Shown one piece after another: positions 51,389 to 59,333 of a stretch of 64,000 nt of DNA. Position 1 is the first letter of the stretch; each line of letters opens with the position of its first letter. The translations under genes and the position numbers were made by a program. The DNA comes from an uncultured bacterium. Its GTDB lineage: Bacteria; Fidelibacterota; Marinisomatia; Marinisomatales; UBA1611. Where the stretch lies: NCBI GenBank assembly GCA_943788175.1, contig CALSPG010000005.1, forward strand, positions 480,001 through 544,000, given 5' to 3'. The notes under the pieces were generated by a model, which was not told the origin of the DNA, searched no databases, and worked only from the letters and a program-made list of their open reading frames with translations.

Positions 51389-52403
51389 GTAAGTTTTTTG
51401 CACTTTTCTTTGTTACTGTCTCTCTTTCTGTTGGCCAGTTTCGTGATATTCCAGAGGTCGTGACAAAGGTAGCGACATCAACGGCTAATTGGTTAAAATT
51501 AGAAACATCTGCTCGTGCAATTGGCATGGGTGGATCGCATGTTGCTTCTGGAAGAGGTATCGCTGGTATTCCTTACAATCCTGCTAGTGCAGCATTTATT
51601 GAACGTAGCGAAGCTTATTTTTCAAGTGTGAACTACATCGCTGGTATTCAGCATGGTGTACTTAGTTATGGTAAGAAGGTTGGACCTTCTGATTTTGTTG
51701 GTCTTCATTTATTTTACTTAGATAGTGGCCCGATGGCTGTAACGAACGAATATTATCCCGATGGTACTGGAGAGGATTTTAGAGTTGTTTCTACTGCTTT
51801 TAGAACAACGTATGCTCGCAAGATGACAGATCGATTAAAAGTAGGTGGTTCATTAAACTATATTCGAGATGTGATTTATGAAGCTGATATGCAAGCTCTG
51901 GCGTTTGATATTGGTTCTAATTTTGACACCGGTATCTACGGAGTTATGCTTGGAATGAGCATTGCAAATTTTGGTCCTGAAGTACAATACAATGGTGAGA
52001 GTTTACATATTACTGTTCCAGATACTATTGATGTTGATGAGCGCGTGAGTAAGATAACAACGAAGTTTCCACTGCCACTAGTATTTAGGCTTGGCATTGA
52101 AAATGAAGTTGTTGGCTCCGAATAGTGTCTTTGTAAAACATCCTCAGCATAGCTTGAAGATTAGCATCGATGGCATCAAGCCAAATGATTATACTGTTTA
52201 CGGGACGATGGGCATGGAGTATAGTTGGCAAAATCTTGCTTTCGCTCGTTTGGGTAGTCACTTAGGTCATGATACGGCGGGGTTAAGTGCAGGGGCTGGG
52301 TTAAGGCTAAGGCTTGGTAAGATGGTAGCCGTTGTAGATTATGCTTTTGTGGATTATGACTTATTAAAAACAACACATCAAGTCTCTATGGGGATTGAGT
52401 TTT
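51350..52403 (+). repeat. Direct repeat copy 1 (about 1.05 kb; cargo tail plus PorV-family gene)
   Basis: Near-identical to 55738-56790; by eye, 5 synonymous substitutions and one extra C (52118-52119). Confidence 0.95.
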
Positions 52404-52405
52404 GA
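51385..52405 (+). CDS. PorV/PorQ-family beta-barrel, copy 1 (+1 frameshift at 52118-52119)
   Basis: TKVATSTANWLKLETSARAIGMG...YNPAS; gives the same protein as 55773-56792 once the extra C is removed. Confidence 0.88.
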
Positions 52406-55400
52406 TAAAGGTCCTTTCTTTTGTAGTTTTATATTCTTTTTTAGTTCTCAGCTTTACAGTCAGCAATGTGTCTCAAATGCGGGCATAGATAAAACTGTAT
52501 GCGGTGGCAAGAAAGTAGGAAGTAATTACAGAGTTTATTTAGATGGTTCTGATTCTTATATTTTGAATGGATCTATTAATTATGAATGGTCATCTCTGGA
52601 TGATGGTATCTCTTTTTCAAGCAGTCAATCAAGAAGAGCAGAACCCTATTTTAATTATCCTCAGGACCTCGATCAGGATAAGGAGTTTAGAATAGAATTA
52701 AGAGTTTATGAAGACGATGAGGCATGTGAAAGCGTCGACACGGTACTTGTTGTTTGCAAGGCAAATATGTGTCCTATTCCTGATGTGGGAGAAGATTTTA
52801 AAGTCAGTAGCGGTTGCGATTTAACAGTTTCACTTGATGCGTCTGGCTCTGTTGACCCGGATGATTCTAATATTAATTATTCTTGGTCTTCTTTAAATGG
52901 CCTTGATGCAAACTTGCAAAATAGTAATTCTTCTGTAGCTACTTTTAACTTTCCGATGATATCCTCCGAAGCAAGTTTACAGTTTTGCTGTTGCTTTGGA
53001 TGATGGTGAAAATTTTGTATCTGACACGTTAGCGGTTACTTATTTAAAAAATTCCTCGCCGGTAGCTGATGCGGGTGCAGATTTTACTACATGTGATTAC
53101 CAATTTAAGTTGACATCAAAAAAATCATATGATAAAGATTGGAATTCTCTTTCTTATTCATGGTCACTAATTAATGGTGACTTAGTAATGGAAGGTGAAT
53201 CAATGCCGGAAATTTTGGTTACATCTCCTTTGGACTTAGAACAAAATACAGACTTTCATTTTGAGCTTGCAATCACTGAAACTATTGCAGGTGAACAGTA
53301 TTGCACTGATAAGGATACTGTGGTCGTTACGATTAGAAAAAATATTTGCCCAATTGCTGATGCTGGTGGAAATATTCGAGTTCCTAAATTTGATAACAAT
53401 CCGGTTGTTTTGAGTGCTGTTAATTCATTAGATCCTGATGGAGAAGGTCTTATTTTTTCGTGGACGGGTGACAATGGAGAGGTCATTAACGATGTTGAGG
53501 TTATTGTCAATGATCCAAATCCAGACTCTTTATATTCAAAATATAATTATAAGCTAAGTGTCACAGATAGTGAAGGTTCATTTTCAATCGATAGTGTTTC
53601 AGTTATTTTTGGCAATTTTTCTAAACCTAATGCGCCAAAGATTTTTGCAGTTGCTGACCACAAGAGAGTTCTTGTCTCGTGGGATGCTAGTGCTGAAACT
53701 TCTATTGACTCATTAACTGGATATGCTGACTTTGAGGGCTACAAGTTATATCGTTCAATTGATGGTGGTGTAACTTGGGGAGGGAATGAGGATAAGTTAT
53801 ATGATTTTGATGGCAATTTTATCGGTTGGATTCCCTATGCCCAATTTGATTTAGATTATGAACAAGATATAAACCACTGTATTTATACCAGTGCAGATTG
53901 TGATAGTGATGAGCCAAAAAGGAATGTTTCAATATCTGGTTTAGATCCCTTTGCACCTAGGTATAGCCTGGGTGTTAATTCTGGTATTCAATATGCGTAT
54001 GTTGATTCGAATGTTGTTGACGGTATTGAGTACACGTATACCATTTGTGCTTATGATATTGGATTAGAGCCTTTTGAAATGGCTTATATATTAAATGACT
54101 CAACTCAAACTTATGATTCCGATACGGTTTGGGCTGGAACAAATCCGGATAAATTTATGGGTCCAGAAATGCTTAATTACTATAATATTAATGGTGGTTT
54201 CATTCGGTCTACTCCAAATCCAAACCGTGGCTATCCATATCTTGAAACTGATAAGGGTTCTTCTCCGCTCGACAATAATTTTATTACTGTAGTCCCCGGT
54301 TACACACCAAGTAATATTTCTTTTCCAGATGAGAGTGATATCGAGGCAATTTTCTTATCTGATTCTAATAATATAGGTACAGGTGAAAGAGGATATTTTA
54401 TAGTAGATAGAGGTGAAATATCAGCAGGGAAAATTTTAAAATATGAAATAAAAGCTAACCAAGGTATGGATGCTATTGATGGCATTGCTACTGAGGACCC
54501 AATGCTTTATGTTTTTGAAGTTCTAAATGATGGTTCTCCAAAATATTCTAATTCATACGATCCCCAGACTTTAACTTTCTTTGAAAATGATTCGCTTGAA
54601 AGATTGCCAGGGTCAATTCTTGAATCTTCAAATCTTGTTGTTCCTGAATTTCAATTAATCCAACCTTTAGATCGATGGAGCGATATGATGGATGGTATCC
54701 GCTTTAGATTTGATAATGCGCTTCCATTAAGCCCTTCTGCTCCTCCGATCCTAGAACCTTCAAAATATTTGCTTTACAATGCTGACGAGTCTGAATTTGA
54801 CTCTTTACAATTTGCTCAGTGGATTTATGTTGATAATATTGAAATTGAGTTATCATATACAAATTTAGCTAGCTATATGCGCAGGTTGAATTTTGATTAC
54901 GAAATAGAGTTTTTTTCAGAGGCAATAGGTGATTCAGTGTTCGTTGGGTATGGTATGATGGGTCTTCCTTTTAGAATTACAAATTTATATACAGGTAAAA
55001 AAGTTGGGGTTACTTGTTTTGATTTGGGTACAAATAATAATCCGTCTGAGGGCTCTGAAAACGGTGTTGGAGATTTAAGTTGGACTAAAGGTGAAGAAAT
55101 TGCCTTCATTGGTGACACTGTATCCATTGCTGGGCAAGAGCTTTCAAAATATAATTTCAATTTAAAAATTAATTATCGAATCAGGACTGGGGAGCAGTTT
55201 AGTAAGGCATGGTCTCCAGCTATAGAATATTCAGAAAATGATACTGTGTTTTTTAATCAAATGTTTTGGATTACATCTGCAATATCAAAAAACATTGAAC
55301 CCTCGACTCCATACATTGATGAGAATAACGATGGAGTTAATGATAATTCATGGAAACCAATTTATCCTTGGAAAAATGGTGACAAACTTATTTACGGTCC

Positions 55401-55776
55401 TTCAAAGTTTTTTGAAGACGGAGATAATTGGGTTTCAGATATGAGTGTACTCGGAAAAGTATCAACTGTCGCTGATACCACATTAGATACAATTAAAGTC
55501 GTACCAAACCCATATATCGTAAGGTCTCGATTTAATGAGACTGCGATATCTAGAAAATTAAGATTCACAAACTTACCTCAAGAATGCAGAATTAGAATTT
55601 ATACGGTCACTGGAGAATTAATAAGGGTCTTGGACCATGTAAATCAGTTTGATGGTAATGAGTGGTGGGATTTAAGAACTGCAAATAACCAAGAAGTTGC
55701 TCCAGGATTGTACATTTATCATGTTGAGAGTACAAATGGTGAAGAGAAGGTTGGAAAATTTGCGGTGATACGATGA
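52395..55776 (+). CDS. Giant secreted protein: PKD/Ig-like repeats, FN3-like module, atypical CTD (frameshift at about 52983-52986)
   Basis: P.ADAG.D...LDASGS.DPD...YSW repeats; VLVSWDASAETS...DFEGYKLYRS; IKVVPNPY...GKFAVIR. Removing one T joins 52395-53003 to 52996-55776. Confidence 0.78.
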
Positions 55777-56790
55777 GTAAGTTTTTTGCACTTTTCTTTG
55801 TTACTGTCTCTCTTTCTGTTGGCCAGTTTCGTGATATTCCAGAGGTCGTGACAAAGGTAGCGACATCAACGGCTAATTGGTTAAAATTAGAAACATCTGC
55901 TCGTGCAATTGGCATGGGTGGATCGCATGTTGCTTCTGGAAGAGGTATCGCTGGTATTCCTTACAATCCTGCTAGTGCAGCATTTATTGAACGTAGCGAA
56001 GCTTATTTTTCAAGTGTGAACTACATCGCTGGTATTCAGCATGGTGTACTTAGTTATGGTAAGAAGGTTGGACCTTCTGATTTTGTTGGTCTTCATTTAT
56101 TTTACTTAGATAGTGGCCCGATGGCTGTAACGAACGAATATTATCCCGATGGTACTGGAGAGGATTTTAGAGTTGTTTCCACTGCTTTTAGAACAACGTA
56201 TGCTCGCAAGATGACAGATCGATTAAAAGTAGGTGGTTCATTAAACTATATTCGAGATGTGATTTATGAAGCTGATATGCAAGCTCTGGCGTTTGATATT
56301 GGTTCTAATTTTGACACCGGTATCTACGGAGTTATGCTTGGAATGAGCATTGCAAATTTTGGTCCTGAAGTACAATACAATGGTGAGAGTTTACATATTA
56401 CTGTTCCAGATACTATTGATGTTGATGAGCGCGTGAGTAAGATAACAACGAAGTTTCCACTGCCACTAGTATTTAGGCTTGGCATTGAAAATGAAGTTGT
56501 TGGCTCGAATAGTGTCTTTGTAAAACATCCTCAGCATAGCTTGAAGATTAGCATCGATGGCATCAAGCCAAATGATTATACTGTTTATGGTACAATGGGC
56601 ATGGAGTATAGTTGGCAAAATCTTGCTTTCGCTCGTTTGGGTAGTCATTTAGGTCATGATACGGCGGGGTTAAGTGCAGGGGCTGGGTTAAGGCTAAGGC
56701 TTGGTAAGATGGTAGCCGTTGTAGATTATGCTTTTGTGGATTATGACTTATTAAAAACAACACATCAAGTCTCTATGGGGATTGAGTTTT
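55738..56790 (+). repeat. Direct repeat copy 2
   Basis: Near-identical to 51350-52403. Confidence 0.95.
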
Positions 56791-56792
56791 AA
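55773..56792 (+). CDS. PorV/PorQ-family beta-barrel, copy 2 (intact)
   Basis: WLKLETSARAIGMG, YNPAS, FPLPLVFRLG, VDYAF, terminal Phe; ATGA overlap with the upstream gene. Confidence 0.9.
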   Translation: MSKFFALFFVTVSLSVGQFRDIPEVVTKVATSTANWLKLETSARAIGMGGSHVASGRGIAGIPYNPASAAFIERSEAYFSSVNYIAGIQHGVLSYGKKVGPSDFVGLHLFYLDSGPMAVTNEYYPDGTGEDFRVVSTAFRTTYARKMTDRLKVGGSLNYIRDVIYEADMQALAFDIGSNFDTGIYGVMLGMSIANFGPEVQYNGESLHITVPDTIDVDERVSKITTKFPLPLVFRLGIENEVVGSNSVFVKHPQHSLKISIDGIKPNDYTVYGTMGMEYSWQNLAFARLGSHLGHDTAGLSAGAGLRLRLGKMVAVVDYAFVDYDLLKTTHQVSMGIEF

Positions 56793-56885
56793 TTTTCTGA
56801 TGACTTGCTTTTCTCATCTTCAATAGAGTATTTTTTTATATAGAGCACAGATTTTTTTTATTTACAACGTTCAAAGAGGTATAAT

Positions 56886-59180
56886 ATGAAAATAAAGTTA
56901 TTCATTATCGTTTCTTTGGTTGCTTTCTTAGTAGCCGATGACTCTAAAACTGAAAAAACCACAACTGCTCCGCTTCAAGTTGAAGATAGTATCCCCGTGG
57001 CTGAAGCTAAAGAGAGGAGTTCTGCTCATACTAACTCTAGGGAATCAAGCTTCGCTTCCTTTAAAATTGATAGTTCTAAAAATGGTTATGGTGGATTTTT
57101 AGAGACAACTAGTCCATTAGCCTACTCTTATGATGCTAATAATGATGGAGATAATGCAGGGTGGGTAGCTGTATATAGGCAATTTGGAACGATGGATGAA
57201 ACGGCAGGATTTCTAGGGGTTGCCCAGTCTGGACCTGATGGTGAAGAATGGACTGTGGATAGTAGAATTAATACAACTTATCCCGAAAATCAAACGTATA
57301 CGCTTGCAAATCCTGGTCTTCCGACCCCAGATGGTGCACCTGGTGCTAGATACCCGAGTGCTGTTGTCTCCTCTTTTCAAAATAAACCAATGGCAGTATG
57401 GAATGAATATACGTTAGCGACTTATGGCGGAGGCGAGAGTGGTGGCGTTCCTATGTTTGCATATGATGTTTTCCCTACGGGTGAACTTTCAAATTTTTCG
57501 CCTATTCAACACCTAAATAAAGGGTGTGTAAATTTAAATTTAGCTGGGGGTGAAGTTTGTGATCCACCTGACCTATGGCAAGCCAATGTTCAACTAATTG
57601 ATAATGATAATTCTAACGGCGGTCCTAGGTTGTTAGCAATGTATACTAGCTGGGCTGGTGATACTTATCCTAAATACATGATTAAGAGTACTAATGTAGC
57701 AAATGGCTATGTAATTGCAGATGATCCAAATTATATCCAACAAGACTCTCTAGATCAAGACGATCAAGGTAATTGTGTTTGGTATGAATGTGGGGGCTAT
57801 ACTGGTACGCCAGATTTCCATGTAAATAGAGATGGCATTGGTTATTTAGGTATGAGTTCTTTCTCTGCTGATAGTGATACAGAGCCGCCTTTTTCACATA
57901 CTATTTTCTTTAAACAGACAGAAGATTATGGCGCTACTTGGACATCAGAAGGTGGTCTCAAGAACTCTGGATATTATTATTTATCAGATGATAAATTATA
58001 TGAACTCCATGACTCATTGCTGACTTTATGGTCTACGAACCCAGACGATTATCCAGGTAAGCCGTGGTACCCTTGGGCTACTAACTCTGAAGGTGAAGTT
58101 GTTGGTGATACTATTCAGTTTTTTGAGGATACTACTAGCCTAGGTGAACAAATCAATTACTTTAACACTGCTGAGTATTTTGTACATTACGAATATGATA
58201 TCATGACAGATCAAGATGGTGGTTTGCATTTTACAGCAATGTCTTGGCCATATCTATGTGAAGACATAGAAGGTGGTTGTGCTGATTACATATTTGACGG
58301 AGATTTAGAGGTTTCCGGTTCTGATTCAATATCTTTAGATAATCGTTTTGTTGGAGCGGGGATGTATCATTATTATAATCCTAACCCGGTGGATAGTCCA
58401 AACGCTTGGACAGCAACTTTTATAGAAGATTATTCTGAAGCATTTAGCGCTGACTGGCCGGCTACTGGACCAATGACTTTATATTCAGATCCTGAGTTTT
58501 TCTTTACTCCGAATGTTAGACCAAGCTATGAAGAAGGCAGTCAGGTTTTATGGTATGCGTCTGTAAATATGTCTAGCACCTCTTGGGATGCTGATTCGGC
58601 TCTTCAAACGCCAAATGATTTAGATATCTTTATGTCCAAATCAGTTGATAATGGTAGGACATGGACAGAAGCAGAAAATGTTACAAATACCTTAGGTACG
58701 GAAGGTTTCCCACAGGTTGAATATGGACATCATCTTGCAAATATTGGTTCTGATTATGAAATTGGTATTTTTTATCAAATGCCAAATTTTAATTTTGAAA
58801 CATATCCGCCTGCAACTGGCTATTATGACTATATGAACTATGTTTATGTAGGTAAATATGAAAATGACTTAGAGTCATTAAGCACTATAGGTGGCAAGGA
58901 TAAAAAAATCATTCCTAGTTCTTTTGTTTTAAAACAAAACTACCCCAATCCTTTCAATCCAGTCACGAAAATAAGCTTTGGGATAGATGTAAGTTCGAAT
59001 GTTAAGCTATCCTTGTATGATGTTCGCGGAGGTTTTGTTGAGACTTTAATAAATAAAAAGACTCAAGCGGGTAATCATGATTTTATGCTTGATGCTTCTC
59101 ATCTGGCTAGTGGCGTATACTTTTATACGATGACGGTAAATGAGGTCAGTCAAACTAAAAAACTAGTTCTTATGAAATAA
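56886..59180 (+). CDS. Secreted protein with BNR/Asp-box motifs and T9SS type-A-like CTD
   Basis: TEDYGATW and SVDNGRTW Asp-boxes; LKQNYPNPFNP...SGVYFY...KKLVLMK. Confidence 0.8.
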   Translation: MKIKLFIIVSLVAFLVADDSKTEKTTTAPLQVEDSIPVAEAKERSSAHTNSRESSFASFKIDSSKNGYGGFLETTSPLAYSYDANNDGDNAGWVAVYRQFGTMDETAGFLGVAQSGPDGEEWTVDSRINTTYPENQTYTLANPGLPTPDGAPGARYPSAVVSSFQNKPMAVWNEYTLATYGGGESGGVPMFAYDVFPTGELSNFSPIQHLNKGCVNLNLAGGEVCDPPDLWQANVQLIDNDNSNGGPRLLAMYTSWAGDTYPKYMIKSTNVANGYVIADDPNYIQQDSLDQDDQGNCVWYECGGYTGTPDFHVNRDGIGYLGMSSFSADSDTEPPFSHTIFFKQTEDYGATWTSEGGLKNSGYYYLSDDKLYELHDSLLTLWSTNPDDYPGKPWYPWATNSEGEVVGDTIQFFEDTTSLGEQINYFNTAEYFVHYEYDIMTDQDGGLHFTAMSWPYLCEDIEGGCADYIFDGDLEVSGSDSISLDNRFVGAGMYHYYNPNPVDSPNAWTATFIEDYSEAFSADWPATGPMTLYSDPEFFFTPNVRPSYEEGSQVLWYASVNMSSTSWDADSALQTPNDLDIFMSKSVDNGRTWTEAENVTNTLGTEGFPQVEYGHHLANIGSDYEIGIFYQMPNFNFETYPPATGYYDYMNYVYVGKYENDLESLSTIGGKDKKIIPSSFVLKQNYPNPFNPVTKISFGIDVSSNVKLSLYDVRGGFVETLINKKTQAGNHDFMLDASHLASGVYFYTMTVNEVSQTKKLVLMK

Positions 59181-59274
59181 GTTTTTTAAAGTTGTCAAAA
59201 TATTTAAAAATTACTTTTTAAGTGTTTTGTGTCTTTGAATCGTATATTTGTTAAGAAATAAAATCTAAAGTAGT

Positions 59275-59308
59275 AAAGTGGGAAAGTCTAATAGCTTTCC
59301 CACTTTTT
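59275..59308 (+). terminator. Intrinsic terminator-like hairpin
   Basis: AAAGTGGGAAAG-tctaatag-CTTTCCCACTTT-TT (12-bp stem). Confidence 0.7.
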
Positions 59309-59333
59309 GATTTAATAAAGTAGGAAAAATAAA

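Noticed and set aside
51350-56790. Composite transposon or pure assembly duplication
   Set aside because: The repeats encode a PorV-family barrel, not a transposase, with no terminal inverted repeats. Synonymous-only substitutions and different stop codons argue against a simple duplication artefact, though spanning reads are still needed.
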